NCBI GenBank assembly: GCA_051874735.1
Contig: JBJEGD010000022.1
Location: forward strand, 64,000-127,999
DNA from: Candidatus Bruticola sp.
GTDB lineage: Bacteria; Vulcanimicrobiota; Xenobia; Xenobiales; Xenobiaceae
Length of the DNA: 64,000 nucleotides
Reading direction: 5' to 3'
Below are positions 7,477-16,460 of this stretch, piece by piece (the stretch's first letter is position 1; the number at the start of each line of letters is the position of its first letter). The translations under genes and the position numbers were made by a program. The notes under the pieces are model-generated. The model made no database searches, was not told where the DNA came from, and saw nothing but the letters and a program-made list of their open reading frames with translations.

Positions 7477-9558
7477 ATGTCTAATATCTTAAAGAACGGA
7501 TGGCCTATTCCGAGGTTTGATTTAGCGCTGGGCATTACCGATATTCAGTGGCTCATCGGTGAAATCAGTAATGCTAGAGATAGTGAAATTGAAAAGTTTG
7601 AAAACAAGTTTGCCGAGTTTCTAGGCGTAAAAAAAGCCATTTACATGAACTCTGCCCGCGGAGCTCTCTATTTGATATTGCAATGTCTCAATTTAGCTCC
7701 GCATTCTAAAGTAATTATCCCTGCTTGGACACATCATTCTATACCTTCGGTTATTATTGCTGCCGGTCTCCAGCCTCATTTGGTCGATATTCGTGAAGGC
7801 AGCTGGGTTATGGGGCCAGAAACTATAAGCGATGAGGACTGGGAAGGCGTTTCTGCCGTTATTATAACTCACATGTACGGATGTCCGGCCCCCGTAGAAG
7901 AGCTCACAGCCATTGCCAGAAGTAAAAACATCGTAGTCATTGAAGATTGCGCCCAAGGTTTTGGGGCCTCCGTAAACGGGAAAAAAGTCGGCACTTTTGG
8001 TGATGCAGCTATATTTTCTTTCGCTCTTACTAAAAACTTCACCACTTTGGGTGGAGGAATGGCAGTTTTTCAAAATCCGCACTTGGCAGAAGTTGCCTCC
8101 TTGCGCATGGAAGATTCGTATATTACCCCCAGTTCTTCCATATATCCTAAAATCTTCAAAGCAGCTGCTATGTGGGCAGGCACCACAACGTTAGGCTTTA
8201 CTTTAAGCGCTTATGTTTTCCTTAGTGTCGGTTGGTCGTTTTTAGGTAAAGATACGCTGCATAGCATGTTCGAAGACAGCATTAACACAAATGCTCCTGA
8301 TATCAGTGCTAAGCCTTCGCCAGTTCAAGCGGCTCTAGGCAGACGTCTGCTAGAATGGGCTGACGAGCAAAACAAGCAACGCACCCAAAACGGTAAAAAA
8401 TTAATAGAACTTTTCCAGCAGGCCAAACTGCCAGGATTAGTAATTCCCAAATATCCTTCCTACGGAGAGTCAGTCTTCACTTCGTTTGTTGTCGGCCACA
8501 TAGAAAACGAAAAACTGGCTCGTCAACTTTCAAGTCACAGCGTTGATACTTCTCCGGGATATTTAAAACCAGTTCAGCAAATACCCATGTTTTCTGAGTC
8601 GGTGAGTTATACCAGTAAACTAACAACCAGCAACTTGTTAGCCCGCACTCAACTCCATTTGCCCATATATCCTCGCCTAAAAGACGAAGATCTGGAGCGC
8701 ATCGTCAAAGGATGTCGCTATTCACTCGACACCATTCTTCACTATGGAGGGAATAAAGAGTTTAATCTACCTGTAGTGAAAGAAGAGAAACCGCATGACG
8801 TACTTTACCATGGCAGCGATCCGCTTGCTGCCGATTACTCCCCTAAACGCATAAAACCTGAAAAAACTTCGCATTATTTGGGAGCTGACGAATCGTTGTC
8901 GACCAGACGCTCTTCGGCAGAATCTCAAGCGGTGGAACCGGATGCGAGTTCCAATTTACAATCTGACCGTCCATCCACATCTACTTTTTCTGCACATTCT
9001 TCTCCAGTTCAGCAATCATTTGCGCCCCCATCTAACAATTTAGCCGCTTCTACAGTAACTTCTTTAACAGACAAACAGTCGGCGGCCGTCCCGCCTAAGC
9101 ATCCAGCGGCTCCGCCACTGCCTCCTTCAGCGCTGGGGAAGTCAGCTGCTATCCCGCCCAGTCGCCCAGCAGCTACGCCACTGCCCCCATCAGCGGCCGG
9201 AAAGTCCGCTACTGTCCCGCCCAGCCGTCCGACAGCTCCGCCGCTACCTCCATCAGCAACTGGACGGTCAACTCCACCCCAGCTCAATCGCCCAACAGCT
9301 CCTCCTTTGCCTCCTTCAGCATCCGGACGCCTTGCCACGTTACCTAATTCTGGTGCAGGACGCCCAGTTACACCAACATCATCTGGCACGGATCGTCTTT
9401 CAGCTGCTCCTACTCACTCTCGCCCGGTGGCCTCTTCAGTAGCTAAAAACATTTTGGCTCTGCGCAAGAGTCCAACCTTCAGCGGTTCGGCCGGTGCTGA
9501 GACAGCCAATAAAGCCCATACCTCGGCTTCAGATGGCAGTGACAATAGAGCAAAGTAA
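7477..9558 (+). CDS. DegT/DnrJ/EryC1/StrS PLP-dependent aminotransferase fused to a ~270-aa Ser/Pro-rich C-terminal extension
   Basis: FENKFAEFLG, NSARGAL, THMYG, VIEDCAQGFG, FSFALTK (PLP Lys), GGG, LHLPIYP; after about residue 420 the sequence is a low-complexity tail with repeats. Confidence 0.85.
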   Translation: MSNILKNGWPIPRFDLALGITDIQWLIGEISNARDSEIEKFENKFAEFLGVKKAIYMNSARGALYLILQCLNLAPHSKVIIPAWTHHSIPSVIIAAGLQPHLVDIREGSWVMGPETISDEDWEGVSAVIITHMYGCPAPVEELTAIARSKNIVVIEDCAQGFGASVNGKKVGTFGDAAIFSFALTKNFTTLGGGMAVFQNPHLAEVASLRMEDSYITPSSSIYPKIFKAAAMWAGTTTLGFTLSAYVFLSVGWSFLGKDTLHSMFEDSINTNAPDISAKPSPVQAALGRRLLEWADEQNKQRTQNGKKLIELFQQAKLPGLVIPKYPSYGESVFTSFVVGHIENEKLARQLSSHSVDTSPGYLKPVQQIPMFSESVSYTSKLTTSNLLARTQLHLPIYPRLKDEDLERIVKGCRYSLDTILHYGGNKEFNLPVVKEEKPHDVLYHGSDPLAADYSPKRIKPEKTSHYLGADESLSTRRSSAESQAVEPDASSNLQSDRPSTSTFSAHSSPVQQSFAPPSNNLAASTVTSLTDKQSAAVPPKHPAAPPLPPSALGKSAAIPPSRPAATPLPPSAAGKSATVPPSRPTAPPLPPSATGRSTPPQLNRPTAPPLPPSASGRLATLPNSGAGRPVTPTSSGTDRLSAAPTHSRPVASSVAKNILALRKSPTFSGSAGAETANKAHTSASDGSDNRAK
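9079..9330 (+). repeat. Four tandem 63-nt (21-aa) coding repeats, consensus S-A-x-x-P-P-x-R-P-x-A-P-P-L-P-P-S-A-x-G-K/R
   Basis: Units 9079-9141 SAAVPPKHPAAPPLPPSALGK, 9142-9204 SAAIPPSRPAATPLPPSAAGK, 9205-9267 SATVPPSRPTAPPLPPSATGR, 9268-9330 STPPQLNRPTAPPLPPSASGR. Confidence 0.9.
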
Positions 9559-9665
9559 GGCAAAAGCTAGCAGAAGCTGTTCGTCGTAACGGCGTTTTTA
9601 GGTCTGCTTCAGCTTTAGCCTAAATTTACTTATAAAGGTTAATTTACAATTAGGCAAAAAACGAT

Positions 9666-10700
9666 ATGAAATTTATAACTATGGCCAAAGCAGGAGCGGC
9701 CGTTCTGAAAGGACGACTCAGCGGTTCGCCTCGCCCTATTTTCGCTACTATAGCAACCAACAACACTTGCCAGTCTCGCTGTCATTACTGCAAAATTCCG
9801 GCCAGGAAACAACCGGAGTTGACTACAGAACAAATAAAAACCTTAATTAAACAAATGGCGGAATTCGGTATCCAGCGTTTAGGTATCTGGGGAGGCGAAC
9901 CTCTGCTGCGCAGCGATATTGAAGAGCTGGTAGCTCACGCCAAGCATTTCGGTTTATATACAACTTTAGACACAAACGGATATCTTGTTCCTCAGAAAAA
10001 GTCTCTGCTAAAAGAACTGGATCATATAATAATCTCGTTAGACGGTCCAGAAGAGGCTCACGATGCTAACCGAGAACCTGGATCGTTTCTTAAAGCTATG
10101 GCCGCAGTAGAAACTGCCGCGGCTAGTCAAGTCGCTCTTTGGACAATTACCGTACTTACATCTAATAATATTCACCAAGTAGACTGGATACTAGATCAGG
10201 CTGATAAATACAAATTTACTCCTACATTCCAAGTTCTGCATCACAGCGAATATTTTGGTTTGAACAATCCCCTGCGCCCTTCCGACCAAGAATATAAGCA
10301 ATGCCTTCTCTATTTGAAAGAAGCTAAATTAAAAGGACGCAGGATTGGCAACTCTATTCAATGCTTAGATCATTTACTGAATTGGTCCTCTTTCAGCCAA
10401 AATACTTCTATAGAAGGAGGGCTAGGCTGGAGTCATTGCTGGGCCGGGCGTTTTTATTTAAACATAGACGCCGACGGACGGCTCTATCCTTGTTCCCTTC
10501 TTATAGGCGACAAATTGGGGCCGAGTGCTCTAGAACTAGGCTTTGCAGAAGCAGCGGCCCAGGTTAGCCGTTATCCCCTACCTTGCCAAAGTTGTTCAGC
10601 AACTTGCTTTACAGAATACAATCTGCTCTTCTCTCTTAATCATCATACTATCATGCAGTGGGTCATGGCTATGGGCAGCAAACTGCATAAAAGCAAATAG
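9666..10700 (+). CDS. Radical SAM protein with C-terminal SPASM/Twitch-type auxiliary cluster motif
   Basis: CQSRCHYC (CxxxCxxC), GGEPLLR, TNG, ISLDG; C-terminal CWAG...IDADGRLYPC...CQSCSATC. Confidence 0.88.
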   Translation: MKFITMAKAGAAVLKGRLSGSPRPIFATIATNNTCQSRCHYCKIPARKQPELTTEQIKTLIKQMAEFGIQRLGIWGGEPLLRSDIEELVAHAKHFGLYTTLDTNGYLVPQKKSLLKELDHIIISLDGPEEAHDANREPGSFLKAMAAVETAAASQVALWTITVLTSNNIHQVDWILDQADKYKFTPTFQVLHHSEYFGLNNPLRPSDQEYKQCLLYLKEAKLKGRRIGNSIQCLDHLLNWSSFSQNTSIEGGLGWSHCWAGRFYLNIDADGRLYPCSLLIGDKLGPSALELGFAEAAAQVSRYPLPCQSCSATCFTEYNLLFSLNHHTIMQWVMAMGSKLHKSK

Positions 10701-10762
10701 TTACCTATATATATCTTGATCAATTATGCTCATTACGGCGATCTTTAATTGTAGGAAATTTT

Positions 10763-12223
10763 ATGAAGGTACTTTTAATTAACCCACCGCGCGATAACAG
10801 CATTTCTTCAGAAGTCCCCACCACAGTCAACGCCGAAACTAATACTATTCCCCCATTAGGATTGATGTATTTAGAGGCTCATTTACACAAGTACTCTAAT
10901 AATTCAGAAGTGCGCATCGTAGATTGTCTGGCTGATCACCTACACATAGATCAGCTGCGCAGAATTGTAGCTGATTATCAGCCCCAAATTGTAGGTGTCA
11001 CCGGACACACACACGATTTAATTGATATGATGCAAACTTCCCAAATGGCTAAAGAAGAACTAGGAAGTAAAGTCAAAATATTTTGGGGAGGGCCACACGT
11101 TTCCGACTTTCCTACTCAATCTATGAAATACAGCTGTGTAGACGGGTGTATTCCTTTTGAAGGTGAAGAGGCTTTTACAGAGGTTGTAACTGCTCATGCT
11201 GCGGCTTGGAATGACCAATCGGGCTACGACAATAAAACTTTGGCTGATTATCTGCAAAAAATAGAAGGCATATATTTTAAAAATGAACAGCAGCAGGTCG
11301 TACAGACGCCGACTCGTCGTCCCATCAGCGATTTAGATCTTCTCCCCTTTCCCCGACGTGAAATTTTAGACTATCGCAAATACAGTTATGTACTTGGCAG
11401 TGAAGCAGTGGCAACTTCTCTACTAACTAGCCGGGGATGTCCCTACAAATGTTCCTTTTGCAACACTCCAGGACGTACAACTTGGAGATGGCGCAGTGCT
11501 GGATCGGTAGTTGATGAGTTAGAAAAATGCGCGGAATTGGGAGTAAGTGAGGTGTACATCGTCGATGACACTTTCAATGTGCGCCAAGATCGAGTATTGG
11601 CCATATGCAATGAAATTCAGAAACGCTCTATAAAAGTAAACTGGAATATCAGAGCCAGAGCCAACTGCATTACACCTGAAACAGTTAAAGCTATGCGCCG
11701 TGCAGGGTGTACCAGAGTCCATATCGGAGTAGAATCAGGTACCGATGAAGGGATGAAAGCACTTAATAAAAATTTGACAACTGCTAAAGTCCGCCAAGCT
11801 TTTAAAATGCTCACAGACGAAGGTTTGGCTACTGTCTGCTACTTTATGATAGGCTGCCCTCACGACAGTTCTCTAGATGAAATAAACAAAACTATCAATT
11901 TTGCTATCGATCTAGATCCAGACTATGCCCTATTTGGCATTTTAACTCCTTATCCCAACACATTAGTTTACAATCAAGGCATAGAAAAAGGCATACTCGA
12001 TCCTAATCATTGGGAGCAATTCCTGGCTAATCCTTATCCAGATTTTAAGCCACAGGTTTGGACAGAATTTTTTAGCGCAGCCGAGCTAAGTACTTTATGT
12101 GATCAAGCCTTTAAACGCTTCTATCTGCGTCCTAAACAGATGTTCCGCAAGCTTCTAGAGCTGAAGAATTTCCACGACATGGCCCGCAAATTAAAAGCAG
12201 GCTGGGAGATTTTGAAATTATGA
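10763..12223 (+). CDS. Cobalamin (B12)-binding radical SAM protein
   Basis: LLINPP...PPLGLMYL, GGPHVS, EGE (B12-binding domain); TSRGCPYKCSFC; DDTF, GVESG, YFMIG, PYPNT. Confidence 0.9.
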   Translation: MKVLLINPPRDNSISSEVPTTVNAETNTIPPLGLMYLEAHLHKYSNNSEVRIVDCLADHLHIDQLRRIVADYQPQIVGVTGHTHDLIDMMQTSQMAKEELGSKVKIFWGGPHVSDFPTQSMKYSCVDGCIPFEGEEAFTEVVTAHAAAWNDQSGYDNKTLADYLQKIEGIYFKNEQQQVVQTPTRRPISDLDLLPFPRREILDYRKYSYVLGSEAVATSLLTSRGCPYKCSFCNTPGRTTWRWRSAGSVVDELEKCAELGVSEVYIVDDTFNVRQDRVLAICNEIQKRSIKVNWNIRARANCITPETVKAMRRAGCTRVHIGVESGTDEGMKALNKNLTTAKVRQAFKMLTDEGLATVCYFMIGCPHDSSLDEINKTINFAIDLDPDYALFGILTPYPNTLVYNQGIEKGILDPNHWEQFLANPYPDFKPQVWTEFFSAAELSTLCDQAFKRFYLRPKQMFRKLLELKNFHDMARKLKAGWEILKL

Positions 12224-13398
12224 GAAACCCTTGGCCAGTCCTTAAAGCTATTTTAGGTGGGGATACCCCTATTTACGTACACTTTGGCTTAACTCACCGA
12301 TGCAACTTAACTTGCGCCATGTGCGGTTTATGGCAAAAGGGCGATAAAAATGAAGAGCTAAGTTTAGAGCAGATAAAGGCTGCTGCTAACAATTTTCGCA
12401 AACTAGGCACTGTAGCCATATCTTTAGGAGGCGGAGAGCCTTTTTTGCGACCGGATCTACCCAAAATTGTGGCAGCTTTCATACGCAACGGTATTGAAAC
12501 GCGAGTTCTTACCAATGCCTTGGCCGGTTCAACTGATATGCACGAAGCTGTAGCTGCTGCCGGTCTGCGCCATATTTCCATCTCCCTAGATACTCCTAAC
12601 CCTGCAATACAGAGTGAGATTTGCCACAAGCCAGAAATTTGGGAAAAAATTATTGACAGAATTCGCTTTTGGTCTTCATACATCCAGAAACGTTCTGGAA
12701 CAGGCTTAATCAACTGTGTAGTTTCAGCGCGAAACATAAACGATATTCCTAAAATGGCAGCTATTGCCCAAGCTTATAACTTTTATCTGTCTCTGGTGCC
12801 TTTAGAAAGACACAGCTATCAAGGTGAAATACTCAGCTGTTCTCCTGATTCAGAAGAAATGCGCTTTGCCAGCCAAGATGAAGAAAAACTAAACAGCCTC
12901 TGGGAATATTTATATAAACTAAAGAAGCAGCCTAATTCTCCTATTTTCAACTCCATGCCTTATATAAAGGCCATGATTCAATTTTTAAAATACGGCTGCC
13001 GAAACGACTCTTCAGAGACCTCTAATTTGCTTAGCCATAATTTTTGGGGAACTGGACTTGACTGTCAGACGGGTAGCTTAAGCTTTTCAGTCAGTCCCAG
13101 CGGCCGCTATTCTATGTGCCACTTTCAAGATGAGGCTCCGGAAGAGCATCCCAAAGTTTATGAAGATAGTTTTATAAACTGGTACAAGCATAAGCGCGAT
13201 CTGTCCAAAATAAAAAAGTTGCGCCGCAGCTGCCTGGCTTGTTTTCGTCCCTGCTGGTGGGAGATAGCCTTAACTATGCATAAATATCCAGCCTTTATGA
13301 ATGCTCTTCAATTGACCTTTCGCCGCATTCCTAGTCAGAAACGTCCATCGCCTTCAGAATTAGTAGAAACTATAAAAAAGGTTCCCCCACTATGTTAG
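12220..13398 (+). CDS. Radical SAM protein with SPASM/Twitch-type C-terminus
   Basis: RCNLTCAMC, GGGEPFLR, ISLD; C-terminal CQTG...VSPSGRYSMC...CLACFRPC; ATGA overlap with the upstream gene. Confidence 0.85.
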   Translation: MRNPWPVLKAILGGDTPIYVHFGLTHRCNLTCAMCGLWQKGDKNEELSLEQIKAAANNFRKLGTVAISLGGGEPFLRPDLPKIVAAFIRNGIETRVLTNALAGSTDMHEAVAAAGLRHISISLDTPNPAIQSEICHKPEIWEKIIDRIRFWSSYIQKRSGTGLINCVVSARNINDIPKMAAIAQAYNFYLSLVPLERHSYQGEILSCSPDSEEMRFASQDEEKLNSLWEYLYKLKKQPNSPIFNSMPYIKAMIQFLKYGCRNDSSETSNLLSHNFWGTGLDCQTGSLSFSVSPSGRYSMCHFQDEAPEEHPKVYEDSFINWYKHKRDLSKIKKLRRSCLACFRPCWWEIALTMHKYPAFMNALQLTFRRIPSQKRPSPSELVETIKKVPPLC

Positions 13399-15098
13399 AT
13401 ACATCCGTTCAAAATATGCAAAATAACTGCAGAGAACAAATAGATTCCGCTCCTGGAGCTTCACCTGGTTCAGCTGAAGCGGTCTTTAATCCAGCCGTCG
13501 GTTCCCCGGAGCAGAATCTTCATGCCCCTTGGGCGCCCAAATCCGGCTGGTATGGTGAGGCTAAAGATTTCAGTGTCGTCTTAATAGCTATGTACAGCGT
13601 AGAGAATGCCGGTCTACGCTACTTATCGGCAGCTCTTCGTCGCGCAGGCTTCAAAGTAAATCTAATTTTTTTGCGGGATTGGGTCAACAACAAATTAGAA
13701 ATGCCTTCCGCTGAAGAACTTGAACTCGTATTTGATATTATTGCTGAAAAAAAAGCTAATTTTGTAGGTATAGGTTTTATTTCTAGCCTACTTTCTATGG
13801 CAGAAAAACTTACCGTACGCTTAAGAGAACGTTTTCCCCATCTGCCTATCTGCTGGGGGGGAATTCATGTTACGGCAGTGCCTGAAGGGGCTCTCGATTA
13901 CGCCGACTATCTCTGTCTTGGAGAGGGAGAAGCTCCCTTAATTGATCTGTGTGAAGCGCTGTATAATAACCAGTTTACTGGAAATATTTTCAATATTTGG
14001 GCAAAGCTTAACGGAAAAATTTTCAAAAATGAAATGCGTCCGCTCATAGCTAATTTAGACGAGCTTCCTTATCCAGACGTAGACGACTTTAACAAATTTT
14101 ATATCGAAGATAAAACTATACACAACGAAGAACCTTGGAAAAGAACGGCCGAGTATCGAATATATTGTTCTAGAGGCTGCCCTTACAATTGCTCTTACTG
14201 TTATGTATCTATCCTACGCGAAAAATTTGCTGCGGACAAACAGAAGTTTTACCGTCTTCGTTCAGTTGAGCATATACTTGGTGAACTGGAATATATAAAA
14301 GCTCATTTTCCACGCTTGGCTAGAGTAAAAATAGATGATGATACTGCTTTTGCGGCCCCAGCTGCATGGGTAGATGAGTTCTGTACAAAATATCCACAAC
14401 GCATTAATTTGCCCTTTGAATGCATGCTTATACCGCCCATGCTGAAACGTCCTTTCTTAGAAAAACTTCAAAAAGCCGGATTAGTTCGCTTGCAAACTGG
14501 CATTGAAAGCGGCTCGCCTCAAGAAAGTTTATCTGTGCACAATAGAGTGCCAGGCAATAATAATATTTTAGCTTTTTCTAAATTTAATAGAGAATTACGT
14601 ATAAATGCAGTTTACGACCTGATTATCGACAATCCATGGGCTTCAGAATCGATGAAATTAGAAACTGCTCAATTTTTATTAGAACTGGAGCGCCCTTACG
14701 ACATTTACTTTTATTCGCTAAATTATTTCCCAGGTACAGCCATTACCAAACGTCTTTTAGCAGAAGGACGCATTGATGCAACTCAAGTAGAAGGTCTTAA
14801 CAACAAAGCTTGGAAACAGTTCCGGGTTTCTATGGACTGGCCGCGCAGTCCCGAAGATCGCTTTTACTTGTCGATCTATTGTTTAGCCTCTAAAACGTTT
14901 ATACCCAAAGCCTTTATCCGCTTTCTGCTCAAACATCGCCAATATTTTAAACACCACTGGCAGGTTCCCTTTATTTTAGCTTGGGCTGCAAATTTCTTAA
15001 AAATGGGAGCAGTTGCCTGGCGTTATCTGATCAACGGCGAATTGACCTGGTTCAAAATCAGACAATACGGCGATTTACGCAAACTAATCAGCCAATAA
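13392..15098 (+). CDS. Cobalamin-binding radical SAM protein
   Basis: GLRYLSAAL, WGGIHVT..P, GEGE, SRGCPYNCSYC, RSVEHILGEL, DDD, GIESGS, YFPGT; overlaps the upstream gene by 7 nt. Confidence 0.88.
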   Translation: MLDTSVQNMQNNCREQIDSAPGASPGSAEAVFNPAVGSPEQNLHAPWAPKSGWYGEAKDFSVVLIAMYSVENAGLRYLSAALRRAGFKVNLIFLRDWVNNKLEMPSAEELELVFDIIAEKKANFVGIGFISSLLSMAEKLTVRLRERFPHLPICWGGIHVTAVPEGALDYADYLCLGEGEAPLIDLCEALYNNQFTGNIFNIWAKLNGKIFKNEMRPLIANLDELPYPDVDDFNKFYIEDKTIHNEEPWKRTAEYRIYCSRGCPYNCSYCYVSILREKFAADKQKFYRLRSVEHILGELEYIKAHFPRLARVKIDDDTAFAAPAAWVDEFCTKYPQRINLPFECMLIPPMLKRPFLEKLQKAGLVRLQTGIESGSPQESLSVHNRVPGNNNILAFSKFNRELRINAVYDLIIDNPWASESMKLETAQFLLELERPYDIYFYSLNYFPGTAITKRLLAEGRIDATQVEGLNNKAWKQFRVSMDWPRSPEDRFYLSIYCLASKTFIPKAFIRFLLKHRQYFKHHWQVPFILAWAANFLKMGAVAWRYLINGELTWFKIRQYGDLRKLISQ

Positions 15099-15432
15099 AA
15101 GTGCTTGCCGACTCACTCAATGCTTATAGTACAGAATATGCTTAAACAGTCTAGCTACTGACGGCAAAAAATGTCGAAACGATTTCAACTACAAGTGTTA
15201 TGCTGAGACAAGCATCAAGGAACAAAATATCTTATTACTTTTAGCTGGTAGCTGAAACGAATTAAATATTTATGTGATAAAAAAATAAGCTGCTTAAGAT
15301 AGTTAATAAAATTTGCACAAACAAGCCTAAACATACGTTTTTATATAGTTTATTAGTGCAGACTAGGCTAAAATTGACTAAAATAAGCCTTATTTTATTA
15401 AATTTTTCTGAACATTTCGTCAACGTAAGTCC

Positions 15433-15461
15433 TTGACTACTTTGTATGGCCGTTTTACAAT
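15433..15461 (+). promoter_or_regulatory. Sigma70-type promoter
   Basis: TTGACT (15433-15438), 17-nt spacer, TACAAT (15456-15461), preceded by AT-rich sequence. Confidence 0.6.
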
Positions 15462-15919
15462 CTCAATGCGAATTGGAATTGAAGCTACGATTTTCTTTGG
15501 TGTTAGTTATTTTTTTAGTGAGTTTGATTATGTTTTGCTTGTAAATCCGGTTTTATGAACTTAATTTATAATATTTTTGTCTCTAATGCTTTTATAAAGT
15601 GAGTTCACTTGCATGATTATAAGCTCATACCCTGCAATTAACGGATATTTTGGAACCTACAAGTTTTTTATCTGCTTATTCTGAGGTAACAGTACTCAAA
15701 CAGGAGCAAATTACAGCACCCATAGGAAAAAGGGCTGGAAATGTATCTAAGTACGCATAGAATTTAGTGCTCTGATGCAAACCATAGGGTTCATACTTAG
15801 CCGCGAATTTTTGTTGGCTTGCATGGCTCCTAAGTTTTCTAAGTTATTCAAACTGTAGGAAATATGTCTTACGAAGCTCGCGTTCCTGTTGACTATATTC
15901 CTTATTGGAGGGAATTTGA

Positions 15920-16225
15920 GTGTTTACTGATCGTACTTTAACCTGCTGCGACTGTGGCAACGATTTTGTTTTTACTGCCGGAGAGCAGGAGTTTTATGCC
16001 TCCAAAGGTTTTGCCAGCGATCCCCGCCGCTGTCCGGAGTGTCGTCGTATCCATAAACGAAACCGAGAAAATGGCGCATTAGGCCGTTCTAATGGTACGC
16101 GTGAAATGTTTGAAGTCATTTGTGCAGAATGCGGCCAAACTGCTAAAGTACCTTTCCGACCTCGCAATGATAAACCTATTTACTGCAGCGATTGTTTCAA
16201 AAAACACGGCGGCGCCCATCGCTAA
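15920..16225 (+). CDS. Zinc-ribbon protein with CxxC-x17-CxxC domain
   Basis: DRTLTCCDCGNDFVFTAGEQEFYASKGF...PRRCPECR and MFEVICAECG...VPFRP...PIYCSDCF; GTG start with GGAGG SD. Confidence 0.9.
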   Translation: MFTDRTLTCCDCGNDFVFTAGEQEFYASKGFASDPRRCPECRRIHKRNRENGALGRSNGTREMFEVICAECGQTAKVPFRPRNDKPIYCSDCFKKHGGAHR

Positions 16226-16271
16226 TTTCGGTAGTGAGCGCAACTTTAAAAGAGTAAAAATTTGTTTGAAA

Positions 16272-16311
16272 GCCGTTCCCCCCTTATTAGGGGGAACGGC
16301 CTTATTTTTTT
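16272..16311 (+). terminator. Rho-independent terminator
   Basis: gccgttccccc / gggggaacggc stem followed by a T tract, downstream of the zinc-ribbon gene. Confidence 0.85.
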
Positions 16312-16460
16312 GCGAAAGGGAAAGACCCTAAGACGCTTTGCAGTCAGTTAATTGACGCGAAGCTAGACTTTAATTGCTTACATTTTGCGGAGCGTTCTCC
16401 AAAAATATTTAATTGAAGTCAGCTCCATTTCATGAACTTAACCAGGAAAGATAGAATAAT

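Noticed and set aside
9079-9330. CRISPR array or DNA-level VNTR
   Set aside because: The units are contiguous, have no spacers, are in frame and diverge at synonymous sites, so this is a protein repeat.
9009-9389. 126-aa Gly-rich minus-strand ORF with repeats
   Set aside because: It is the antisense shadow of the Pro-rich repeats in the aminotransferase tail.
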